From a virus, in IMG/VR virus record IMGVR_UViG_3300010885_020782, positions 32,001 through 96,000 of that record: 64,000 bases of DNA; one strand, written 5' to 3'. The notes under the pieces were generated by a model. It did no database searches and was not told the origin of the DNA. It worked only from the letters and a program-made list of their open reading frames with translations. A program made the position numbers and the translations under genes. Numbering within the stretch: position 1 is the first letter of the stretch; every line of letters starts with the position of its first letter. This document shows positions 1 through 8,801 of this stretch, piece after piece.

Positions 1-587
1 ATTGGGTCTGGGTTTGGAACCGTCTCCACTGTCAGTGCGCCGAGAATGTCATAAAAATATGGAGCCTGAATTGCAAGTTGTCCCTGCAAATATGGCTTAT
101 GACGACCATCTTGTGCTGTTCTAGACATTGCTGTAAGAACAACAGCCTCAAGAGGGTTTGTAGCGTGCATTGTTAAGTCACGCAAGTCGCGTAGAAGACC
201 ACCCATGTGACGAAGTAACTCGCCCCACTGTTGCATCTTCATTTGTTCGTTACCTGCGATGCTGTCCATACACTTCACTTGTAGTTCAGAGATTGAGTCA
301 ATAATCAAACTCTTGAAGTGATGGCGACCAAGTTGTAGCCATTGATAAGTCTTAATGACTGTGTCGTAATCACGAACTGTGACTACACAAGTATCCCAAG
401 TTCCATCTGCAATAGGTGGTTCCTCCCGCAGTGGGTCCCAATACTTGACAACGATAGGGAGGAAGCGGTGTCCACCCTCAACGTCAAGCATGAGTCGTGG
501 GTATGGTGCAGTTACAGCAAAGGAGGATTTACCAACCTTTGATTCCCCATAAACCATAACCGTCAAAGAGCGTTGAATTTCGCTCAT
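1..587 (-). CDS. Sak4-like ssDNA-annealing AAA/P-loop ATPase (3' end runs off window; missing from ORF track)
   Basis: Manual translation gives MSEIQRSLTVMVYGESKVGKSSFAVTAPYPRLMLDVEGG...SLIIDSISE, with Walker A GESKVGKS and Walker B-like LIIDS. It lies next to a Cas4-like exonuclease, the usual Sak4 context. Confidence 0.8.
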   Translation of the reverse strand, partial: MSEIQRSLTVMVYGESKVGKSSFAVTAPYPRLMLDVEGGHRFLPIVVKYWDPLREEPPIADGTWDTCVVTVRDYDTVIKTYQWLQLGRHHFKSLIIDSISELQVKCMDSIAGNEQMKMQQWGELLRHMGGLLRDLRDLTMHATNPLEAVVLTAMSRTAQDGRHKPYLQGQLAIQAPYFYDILGALTVETVPNPDP

Positions 588-592
588 ATATG

Positions 593-1522
593 TCACTCGC
601 TTCCTTTTGTTTCGTTTGTTCCGTAATATGCATAAGGGTCTGTCTCCTCATACATTTCGCTAAGTGCTTGTTCAGCGGCGCTTCCGTCGTCAAACATTGG
701 GCATATAGCGAAAAATTGGCACTTCCATTTGCAGTCACGACTTGCTTTTGGATAAGCAAGAAATGCGTGGTCTTCACCAGCATCTAGTCCTGTGCGAACT
801 CTCATTAAATCTGCAATCGTTCCGTGGATTCTATTCCAGAAAGAACGCATAGTAAAGATGTTGTGTCTAATTTCTACTTGGTCATAGAACGGCGGCTTAG
901 CAGCAGCAGTGCGACGAACCTTTTTTAGTAATGTAAAAATTCCGCCATCGCTGCGCTCTTTTTCATCAACCTTAGTTGATTCAAGAAGCATATAAGTCAT
1001 AACTTGCTCATTCATATGAGCCATATTAGAAAACTCTGCAAGAGAGCCTCCAACAGTCTTAAAGTCACGGAACATACGCACACCATCAGCCTTACGACGA
1101 ACACGCATATCTAACTTACCTTGAAGTTCTACTTCACCATTAAATAGTGGAGCAACAATTGTTTCTTCTGTTGAAATCATTTCCAGTTCTGCATCAATGC
1201 CTTCTTCTTCAACCCATTGTTCGTAGCCTTCCAGCATAATGCGACCAAGTTCGGCTTCAGTTTCTAGGTTTGCTACATCACGAAAATCTGCAAGAAGAAG
1301 TTGTTTGTCAGTCTCAACTAGGTCCGAGTGTGCCTTGAGTAGCGGAATACCTTTTGCATAGTGGTCATCAAGTGCTTGGTGGATACGACTACCAAGTGCC
1401 AGTGCGCCAGTCATATCTTGTTGCTTAGGCTTTAGACGGCGATAGTAAGTAAGCCACCAGCGACGGCGACAATCTTTAAATGTTTGTAGTTCTGAGTTTG
1501 AAAGTCTTACGATTCCACTCAT
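593..1522 (-). CDS. Cas4/RecB-family PD-(D/E)XK exonuclease
   Basis: N-terminal S.S.L.TFKDCRRRW, central LQGKLD...RDFKT nuclease motif and C-terminal C.WKCQF..IC cysteine cluster. Confidence 0.85.
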   Translation of the reverse strand: MSGIVRLSNSELQTFKDCRRRWWLTYYRRLKPKQQDMTGALALGSRIHQALDDHYAKGIPLLKAHSDLVETDKQLLLADFRDVANLETEAELGRIMLEGYEQWVEEEGIDAELEMISTEETIVAPLFNGEVELQGKLDMRVRRKADGVRMFRDFKTVGGSLAEFSNMAHMNEQVMTYMLLESTKVDEKERSDGGIFTLLKKVRRTAAAKPPFYDQVEIRHNIFTMRSFWNRIHGTIADLMRVRTGLDAGEDHAFLAYPKASRDCKWKCQFFAICPMFDDGSAAEQALSEMYEETDPYAYYGTNETKGSE

Positions 1523-3321
1523 AGTTTCCCTGCCTTATCGTCTTGTAGAAGTTTGAGCAGTTGGTTTTTATCTCTAACAATTTGCTCAAAGTTGTCGGCT
1601 TTAGTTTCAAGAACTTGAATAACTCGCTCCTCGATAGTTCCGTCTGTAACGTAGTCAGTAATAACAATTGAGTCGTGTATCTCACTACCAATACGATGGA
1701 CTCTATCAAGAACTTGTTTGTAATCAACAAGAGACCAAGGTCGTTGAAGCATAATCAATCTACGAGCAGCAGTCAAGGTAATACCAACGCCACCTGCCTG
1801 TGCCGTAAAAAGAATCCATTTAATCTTTCCTGCTTGGAAGTCATCAACTGCTTGCTGACGCTCATCTTCATCTTGGTCACCAGTAATTAGTCCGTGAGCA
1901 ATTTTCTTCTTTGTAAGTTCTGCACTAAGAAGATTAATAAGTTGCTTAGATACAGCCGAAACAGCAACAGAATCGTCTCCAAAGTCTCCATTGTCAATGT
2001 CATCCATAAGAGCATCAATCTTGCAAGAAGGAGCATTTAGGATAGTTTTCTGCTCTCCAGTAGTCTCATCAACTTCTAAAGTAGCGTATGAACTAGCAAA
2101 CTGCAACAATCTAATTGTTTGTGTGAGAACGCTAGGTGCAGTAACAACATCGCCATCATCACCAAGTTCAGCAATCATTAAGTCACGCATCTGCTCATAT
2201 GCCTTCTTTTGTTTTGTAGACATCTCAACATCTCTGCGTTCAGTAAGAACTGGTGGCAGATGTGGAAGCACAACTTTTTTTAACATACGACGCATATAAG
2301 GATTGACGCTCTTATAGAACTCATCCTGCATATGTGCTTTAACTCCAAGAACCATCATTCCGCCAAAGGCGTTGAGCATCGTGTCAACCATACGGTCAAT
2401 CCACTTTGTTTTTGAAGGCCAGTCTTTAGGAGATAGCCAGTGAAGAATTGCCCACAAGTCAACAACATTGTTAGCAATAGGTGTTCCAGTAAGTGCAAAA
2501 CGAATATCTGCATCTCCTGTAGCAGCCCAAAGAGCACGGCTCTGCTTTGACTTAGGGTCTTTAGAGCGGTGAATCTCATCAGCAATTACAGCCTTGAAAT
2601 CAATCGCATTAAGTTCTCGTAGGTGAACTTCACAACGAGCCTCGGTTGTCTTTTCATCTTGACCGCCACAAGCCTTGCAACGAGTTAAAGCAATAGAGCC
2701 ATAGCCTGATAGTCGTGAATGTGAGCGAAGCGATTCCCAGTTAATAATAAATATTTGTGCTGGTTCTTCAAATTGGTTTTTGCGTTGAACCGCTGACCCT
2801 TTGATAACTTGTGTTATTACCCCTGGCCACCAGATATTAAACTCACGAGCCCAGTTCTTCTTGAGGGTATTAGGGCAGACAATCAAAATAGGAAAAACAT
2901 CTTCACCCTTATCGTGCAACTCTTTAAGAGCACGAATGGCTTGAGCGGTCTTTCCAAGCCCTGGTTCATCGGCTAAGAGTGCTCGTCTGGCTGTGCTGAG
3001 AAAGGCTACTCCAGCCCTTTGGTGAGGGAATAGAACAGGGTCACCTTCATACGACTCTAACTCTCTAAGGGCGTTAGAAGGGTTTATACGGGTTTCTAGA
3101 AGGCTTCCAGCCCAAGTTGCTAAAGATGGCTGAATCTCTAAATCATTGCGAAATGTAGAGCGTAAAGCGAGACAGGTAGTCCAACTTAAAGGAGCACGCC
3201 AAATCTGTTCTTTAGGGCTCCAAGAGGCCCCTGGGAGGCTCTTACAGAGTTCTTTATAACGCCAGTCAGCGTTTATGACGATATGTTCTCCAGCGGAGTC
3301 AATATCTACTGAAACTGTCAT
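1519..3321 (-). CDS. SNF2-family (SF2) DNA helicase
   Basis: LADEPGLGKT (motif I), IADEIH (II), LTGTP (III), QVLDRVHRIG (VI). ATG at 3321 follows RBS TAGGAG. Confidence 0.93.
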   Translation of the reverse strand: MTVSVDIDSAGEHIVINADWRYKELCKSLPGASWSPKEQIWRAPLSWTTCLALRSTFRNDLEIQPSLATWAGSLLETRINPSNALRELESYEGDPVLFPHQRAGVAFLSTARRALLADEPGLGKTAQAIRALKELHDKGEDVFPILIVCPNTLKKNWAREFNIWWPGVITQVIKGSAVQRKNQFEEPAQIFIINWESLRSHSRLSGYGSIALTRCKACGGQDEKTTEARCEVHLRELNAIDFKAVIADEIHRSKDPKSKQSRALWAATGDADIRFALTGTPIANNVVDLWAILHWLSPKDWPSKTKWIDRMVDTMLNAFGGMMVLGVKAHMQDEFYKSVNPYMRRMLKKVVLPHLPPVLTERRDVEMSTKQKKAYEQMRDLMIAELGDDGDVVTAPSVLTQTIRLLQFASSYATLEVDETTGEQKTILNAPSCKIDALMDDIDNGDFGDDSVAVSAVSKQLINLLSAELTKKKIAHGLITGDQDEDERQQAVDDFQAGKIKWILFTAQAGGVGITLTAARRLIMLQRPWSLVDYKQVLDRVHRIGSEIHDSIVITDYVTDGTIEERVIQVLETKADNFEQIVRDKNQLLKLLQDDKAGKL

Positions 3322-3394
3322 TTTTACTCCTAATGTCATTAAGTATATATACTAGCAGAAATATTTAAGTTTTTTGTTTTTTCTTGCTAGTAAC

Positions 3395-3862
3395 CTACTC
3401 TAGCAGAACTCTTGGCTTCCAACCTAACTTAGTCAGTTTTAAAAGGGCGTGTCGGATGGCATCTAGAGCATGACCTTCTCCGCCCCTATGCCAAGTTCCT
3501 ACCTTACGAAGTGCTTCGTTTGGGAAAAGTGCTTTGGCATCGGCAGGAGTCTGAAAACTAATGTCTTCTGGAACATATCCGTTAATGCGACATAGGTGTT
3601 TAAGAACCCCTATCTGCTCTAGTGAGTAGGGCGCTTGAGAGTTACGAACAGTTTGGGCATTGATAGTAAATCGCTCGCAAGAGATAGCAAACTTTTCATA
3701 TTGTCTCCAAGCAGTAAGACAAGTTGTTACGTTGTCAGCAAACTGTTCTGGCTGAGCCTCAAAAGAAAGTTCTAACTTTGGCAAATCTTCTTGATTACCA
3801 GACCAAGAGATAAGAGCAACACCACTGGCTTTTCCAGGGTCTACAGCAAGAACAGTTATCAA
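3395..3862 (-). CDS. RuvC-like Holliday junction resolvase
   Basis: VLAVDPGKASG at the N-terminus, central CERF, C-terminal HALDAIRH. A TTG start overlapping the polymerase stop (TTGA) is inferred. Confidence 0.75.
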   Translation of the reverse strand: MITVLAVDPGKASGVALISWSGNQEDLPKLELSFEAQPEQFADNVTTCLTAWRQYEKFAISCERFTINAQTVRNSQAPYSLEQIGVLKHLCRINGYVPEDISFQTPADAKALFPNEALRKVGTWHRGGEGHALDAIRHALLKLTKLGWKPRVLLE

Positions 3863-5679
3863 TATTTGTCGCCCCAAGTCTCTAGTGGCCCATCAATTCC
3901 CGCAGTAAGTGGAACATCCCAGCCGTCAGTCGTTGTCATACATTCTTGCACGATGCGTTTAATTTCTTCTGCTTGGTCACGAGGTGCTTGTAGAACAATT
4001 TCATCGTGAACAGGAACAATAAGATTTTCAGTAAGGTCTGCTTGGTCTAACTTAATCAGGTTACTCTTAAAAACTTCTGCTGCTCCACCCTGAATTAAGT
4101 AGTTAATAAGTGTGTAGACACGGTTCTCGTCGCAAGGAATCTTACGACCAGTCCATGTGTGAATGTAGCCTTGACCCTCATCGCGTTCACGACGAGCACC
4201 AATGTTTTCAATTTCTTTCTGGAACTTAATCATTCCTGGATATCGCTGGTCAAAAGCATCAGATACAGCCTTCATCTGAGACTCTGCAACGCCAGCAGTA
4301 AGTGCTTGCTTGGCAACACCAGCCCCGTAAAGACGACCATAGACCATTCCCTTGATAAGAGTTCTGCGCTTATCAGAGCGAGTCATATCAGGTTCTTGGT
4401 AAACCTCACGACCAATTTCAGTAAACGGGTCAGAGCCAGTTGCATCAGCACGGTTGAATAGCGTGATGAGATTCGGGTCCTTAGATAGAGATGCAAACAT
4501 ACGAAACTCAACTTGGTCTAAGTCCGAGGTGATAATGACGTGGTCTTTATCTTTAGGGATAAATGCACGACGCACTGTGTCATCACCCTTTGGCAAAGTT
4601 TGTAGCGCAGGGTCGGTAATAGACATACGAGAAGTTCTAGCACCAAGAGTCTTCACTGACGGGTGAAGGATGCCGTCAACATTTTTGTTGAGGAAGTTGA
4701 GGAAGTATGTGTTAGCCAACTTATCTGCTTTACGTTGCTTTAGAACAGTCTCAGCAAGGTTTTTAACTTCTTCATTGCCAGTAATTGTGAGCATTTTAAG
4801 TTGGTCTTTAGATGCAGACTTTTGACCAGATGGAGTTGTCTCGGTAATTTCTGCACCAAGATTTTCTAATAAACGAACTAGTTGAAGATTGCTAGTAATG
4901 CTTGTTCCGTTATAGGTCTTTGCAGCCCACTCTTTAACCTGCTCTGTGTAGGTAAGAAGTTCTTCATACTTCTTTTTTGAGTATTCAAGGTCAACACGAG
5001 CGCCATTGATTTCCATACGAGTAACAATTTTTCTAGCAGCCATTTCAATCTCATACGCCTTGTGATAAGACTTACCAGGACCACACTTCTCGTAAAACTT
5101 TTCCCAGAGGCGCATTGTAAGAATTGTGTCGAGTGCGCCATAAGACCAGTAAGGTTCAAAGTTAGTTGGAACAGTTCCCCAAGTCCAACCATTTTTAGTT
5201 AAGTCAATATCAAGTTTGTCTTGTAGATACGCTGCTTGTGGGTCAATCAAAAGTGCAGAAAGGGGCTTCAAGCCACCAGGTCCTAGCGGGTCAATGAGGT
5301 GCGCCATAATCATTGTGTCATGTGCACGTTGCCAAGGCATTTCCCAACGGGACTTAACTGCAAACCATCGTGCTTCAAATGCAATGTTATGGCAAACAAG
5401 TGGTCCATCAAATTTATTCATTGCTTCATAAAAAACACCGCTCCACTCTTCCCAAGGAATAGACCAGCCGTGCATACCATCACCAACTTGAACAAGACGT
5501 AAATCGCCATGCCAAGGAGATAAAGCGTGGTCACGAGGCATTCCAGGACGTTCGCCAGTTTCTGTATCTATAGCAATTGCATTGTGTGGGCGACGCTCGC
5601 TAAGCCAAGAAATAAATTGATTGGCTTTTTCTACAGAGTCAACAAGAGTTACTTCAATACCTGAAAGACCTTCATTCAT
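3859..5679 (-). CDS. polA: DNA polymerase I-like (family A) with 3'-5' exonuclease domain
   Basis: Exonuclease motifs IDTET, HNIAFE and YGALD. Polymerase motifs RTSRMS.TDPALQTLP, DLDQVEFR, KGMVYGRLYG, NYLIQGGAAE and VHDE. Confidence 0.97.
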   Translation of the reverse strand: MNEGLSGIEVTLVDSVEKANQFISWLSERRPHNAIAIDTETGERPGMPRDHALSPWHGDLRLVQVGDGMHGWSIPWEEWSGVFYEAMNKFDGPLVCHNIAFEARWFAVKSRWEMPWQRAHDTMIMAHLIDPLGPGGLKPLSALLIDPQAAYLQDKLDIDLTKNGWTWGTVPTNFEPYWSYGALDTILTMRLWEKFYEKCGPGKSYHKAYEIEMAARKIVTRMEINGARVDLEYSKKKYEELLTYTEQVKEWAAKTYNGTSITSNLQLVRLLENLGAEITETTPSGQKSASKDQLKMLTITGNEEVKNLAETVLKQRKADKLANTYFLNFLNKNVDGILHPSVKTLGARTSRMSITDPALQTLPKGDDTVRRAFIPKDKDHVIITSDLDQVEFRMFASLSKDPNLITLFNRADATGSDPFTEIGREVYQEPDMTRSDKRRTLIKGMVYGRLYGAGVAKQALTAGVAESQMKAVSDAFDQRYPGMIKFQKEIENIGARRERDEGQGYIHTWTGRKIPCDENRVYTLINYLIQGGAAEVFKSNLIKLDQADLTENLIVPVHDEIVLQAPRDQAEEIKRIVQECMTTTDGWDVPLTAGIDGPLETWGDKY

Positions 5680-6505
5680 CTACAGGCTCCTCTTTATTTT
5701 TTTCTAATGTGGCAGTGTCCAAGGCTAGAGGACCACCATTAAATCTATAGTATCCAGTATGAATTAGGGATACGGTAGGGTCTATCCATGTAAATTCTCC
5801 TAGGTGCAACCATCTTCTAGTAAAGAAGTAGTCCTCGCTTAAATACTCCCTAGTTTGTTCTTCAATAGCAGTATCAAAAAATAAATGAACTTTTTTATCT
5901 TTATACAAAAACCAATCGTTATCATAATATTTTTGCATTTTTTCAAAAACTTCTCTTTTAATAAGAACAAAGCCAGTGCCAAGTCCAGTCACTTCTAAAA
6001 GCCCATTGTCTAATTCAATTTTTCCTCCAAGTGTGACTGATTTTTCAACACTATACTGAGGAATATTTACAACATAACTAGAAGAAGAATACATAAGCCC
6101 TTCAACAGAGTCTATTGAATCTTTATTCTTTAAAATAGTCTCCCAATTAATTTGCTTAATTGGATATGCTCCACCGACAATTTCTTTTTTTCTAAGAATA
6201 AGTTTAATAATATCTATAGGCTCAAAAGATATGTCAGCATCAATAAACATTAAATGAGTGCCATCAGTTTCTTTTAAAAAATGGTCAGCAAGTAAGTTTC
6301 TGGCCCTTGTTATTAAACTTTCATTAGAAAGTTGTTGAATACTAACTTGTAACCTAAGAGATGCTGCTAAATTTATAAATTTAAATATTGACATTGCATA
6401 GTCAGAACCGCACATTCCGCCATAACAAGGAGTTGCTATATGTAATTTTACCTTTTGTAGGTAATCTAAATCTTCTTGTGTAATTTCAAAAGTGTCGTTT
6501 GTCAT
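5672..6505 (-). CDS. GT-A fold (family 2-like) glycosyltransferase
   Basis: IATPCYGG, ESLITRARN, THLMFIDADI (DxD), GTGFVLIKREVF and YLSEDYFF motifs. Confidence 0.8.
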   Translation of the reverse strand: MTNDTFEITQEDLDYLQKVKLHIATPCYGGMCGSDYAMSIFKFINLAASLRLQVSIQQLSNESLITRARNLLADHFLKETDGTHLMFIDADISFEPIDIIKLILRKKEIVGGAYPIKQINWETILKNKDSIDSVEGLMYSSSSYVVNIPQYSVEKSVTLGGKIELDNGLLEVTGLGTGFVLIKREVFEKMQKYYDNDWFLYKDKKVHLFFDTAIEEQTREYLSEDYFFTRRWLHLGEFTWIDPTVSLIHTGYYRFNGGPLALDTATLEKNKEEPVDE

Positions 6506-6525
6506 TTATTTTCCTTCTATTGGTT

Positions 6526-6996
6526 TTACGGAATCATTTCAATGCGGTAAAGCGAGTCTATCCTCTCATCAAGGGTTGCTGCACGCTCTAGTAGCCTCTG
6601 AGCAACGTTAGTAAGGTATCTTGCACCACCTTGGTCATATTTGTAAAGAGCGTCTAGAACAGGACGAGGGTCTTCACTTACCTGAGCCCAGTGACGATAC
6701 TTTTCAGGAAAAACAATTGGAAGAGTTCTAATAGGATTACATTCTTCGCAAGGAAGAGCGTCCTTAGATAAAACATCTGAAGTTTCTTCAGTTAGTGCAT
6801 ATCTTTTTACCAACGGACAAGCAGCACCATGAAAAACTAAAGATACACCAATACGAGAAAGAATGTAAGAACCGTTCTCTGTTCTGTAAAGTTCAAACTC
6901 AATCCATCGAGTAGAGCCGCGACGCCAAGAAGAAGACTCACCTAGTAAGCGACCTTTAAATTGAAGGGTTCTAGAGCCGTCTTTAACTTCAAACAT
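6526..6996 (-). CDS. hypothetical protein, possible Zn-binding (C...CEEC)
   Basis: Clean ORF with RBS AGGAG; no family recognised with confidence. Confidence 0.6.
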   Translation of the reverse strand: MFEVKDGSRTLQFKGRLLGESSSWRRGSTRWIEFELYRTENGSYILSRIGVSLVFHGAACPLVKRYALTEETSDVLSKDALPCEECNPIRTLPIVFPEKYRHWAQVSEDPRPVLDALYKYDQGGARYLTNVAQRLLERAATLDERIDSLYRIEMIP

Positions 6997-7020
6997 TACG
7001 AACTCCTTCTGTCATTACTG

Positions 7021-8793
7021 TCATTTGTTTTCTAATGCTTCTAGTCTAGCGGATAATTCTTGCACTGCCTTAACTAAGGGAGCAATAAATTCGTCATATG
7101 CCAAGGCTTGCTGTGAGTCAGGGTCATTAATATCTCCAATAGACCAGCCAGCAAAATCCATATCAGGAGTGTTACTTAGTTCATCTAGAACTTCTTTGAC
7201 TTCCTGAGCAATAAATCCGTAGTGTCTTCTTCTTCCAGGAATTTCTATGACTGAATCTGGATTAATATTCCCTTCTTCGTCTTTTTCTATATTTGATAGG
7301 TCAACCCTACCTTTATTGATAAGGAAAGATACAGGTCTAATTTTTTTAATAAAATTTAATCCTAAAGTTGCATTTTGTATGTCATTTTTTGTTCTAACAT
7401 CTGATGTTGTCAAAAAAGAACCTGCTCTAGCAACGCCCCAACGATAACTAGAACTACCTAAATCATATGCTGTATCAAATGCTGTAGGGTTTCCACTTGT
7501 ATTTAAAAACCCTGGAGCAATGTTTCCTTGAGAATACATTTGGTTAGAAGAGCCTTGAATTCCATACCCATTTGTTTGGAAACCTCTCAGGGCTGAAATT
7601 GTTCTATCCGTAATAATTGCGTACGGGCTAAATCCGCTACTTGGATATAAAATAGTTGAAGAGCCAACGTTCGAGATAGTTCCTCCAGAAGAAAATCTCC
7701 AACCATCGGTTGCAGAGCCAACATATCCACTAGTGGCATTGATAGTTCCAGTAATTGTTGCGCTCGACGCAGTCAATGCACCAGCAGCCGTAACCTTGAA
7801 AGTTCCATTGCCATTATCAATAGCACGGCTGGTAATTGTTCCAGCACTTATATTGTCCGCATTTAAGTTTGAAACTGTAATTACAGCAGCATTGATTGTT
7901 CCAGCATTAATTTTGCTAGCGCTAAGACTCCCAATCTGAGTATTGGTGATAGTTCCATCAACCAGACTCCCGCCAGAGATGACGTTAGTTCCAGAAAAAG
8001 ATGATGCAGTTACAGCGCCAGTAAAAGATGCTGACCCATCGCTAGAAATATTTACTGTTGTTGTTCCAGAAGCATTAATTGCTCTAATACCACTAGTATC
8101 AAAAATAACTCTACTGTTAGGACCAGCACTTGTTCTAATAGTTGAACCAGTAATTGTTTTGGCATCTAGTGCTGTAGAAGCAATCATTGTTGCCGTGATA
8201 GTTCCAGCATTAATACGAGCGGCATCAAGAAAACCAGTAGTAATTTTTCCTGCATCTAAGTTTGCAACTACAGCATTTCCTATAGTATTTGCTTGCCAAG
8301 ATGTGCCACCCAAGCCAGTCCACTGACCACTAATAATGTTTCCACTGGTGTATTGCCACCATATATCTCCAGCAGTATTTGCTGTTGTTCCAGGTGCAGC
8401 CAGAGAGTATGTAATTTTATTCTTGCCGTTTGCTGTTGTAATAGCAGTATTTGCAGCAGCAAAGGCTGTTACAGAAAGGTCAAAAGCAGCGGGGTCACCA
8501 ACATCAATAAATGCTCCGTTGTTGTCGTCATAGACTGATACTGAGCCGTCATTTGGGTTAACAACTAATTGACCGTCTTTAGGGTCTGTAATGTCTCCAG
8601 GAGAACCAACAACTACTGTTCCAAAGTTAACTTGTTCAGGAGTGATAACTTCAGCACCGATTGCTTCAGTTGTAACAGACTTTGCTCCAAGTCTGCTTCG
8701 AGCAGGACGACGTTCTAGATAACGTATTCTGCGTTGAACATCAGAAAGGTTGTTACCTAGATTTTTATTGGCACTGCGGCGTCTACTTGGCAT
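7021..8793 (-). CDS. tail fibre/receptor-binding protein with C-terminal peptidase S74 intramolecular chaperone
   Basis: G/T/A/S-rich repeats (A.KI.AGTI) followed by TSDVRTKNDI...RHYGFIAQEV...IAPLVKAVQELSARLEALE. True start is probably ATG 8793 after GGAGA. Confidence 0.85.
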   Translation of the reverse strand: MPSRRRSANKNLGNNLSDVQRRIRYLERRPARSRLGAKSVTTEAIGAEVITPEQVNFGTVVVGSPGDITDPKDGQLVVNPNDGSVSVYDDNNGAFIDVGDPAAFDLSVTAFAAANTAITTANGKNKITYSLAAPGTTANTAGDIWWQYTSGNIISGQWTGLGGTSWQANTIGNAVVANLDAGKITTGFLDAARINAGTITATMIASTALDAKTITGSTIRTSAGPNSRVIFDTSGIRAINASGTTTVNISSDGSASFTGAVTASSFSGTNVISGGSLVDGTITNTQIGSLSASKINAGTINAAVITVSNLNADNISAGTITSRAIDNGNGTFKVTAAGALTASSATITGTINATSGYVGSATDGWRFSSGGTISNVGSSTILYPSSGFSPYAIITDRTISALRGFQTNGYGIQGSSNQMYSQGNIAPGFLNTSGNPTAFDTAYDLGSSSYRWGVARAGSFLTTSDVRTKNDIQNATLGLNFIKKIRPVSFLINKGRVDLSNIEKDEEGNINPDSVIEIPGRRRHYGFIAQEVKEVLDELSNTPDMDFAGWSIGDINDPDSQQALAYDEFIAPLVKAVQELSARLEALENK

Positions 8794-8801
8794 TATTTCT
8801 C

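Noticed and set aside
593-1522. Cas4 as evidence for a CRISPR-Cas system
   Set aside because: It is a solo Cas4/RecB-type exonuclease next to a Sak4-like gene, a standard phage recombination pair. No other cas genes or array were seen.
3859-5679. DpoZ/modified-base (Z-DNA) polymerase
   Set aside because: No purZ, datZ or other base-modification genes were seen in the window, and the motifs fit an ordinary phage Pol A.
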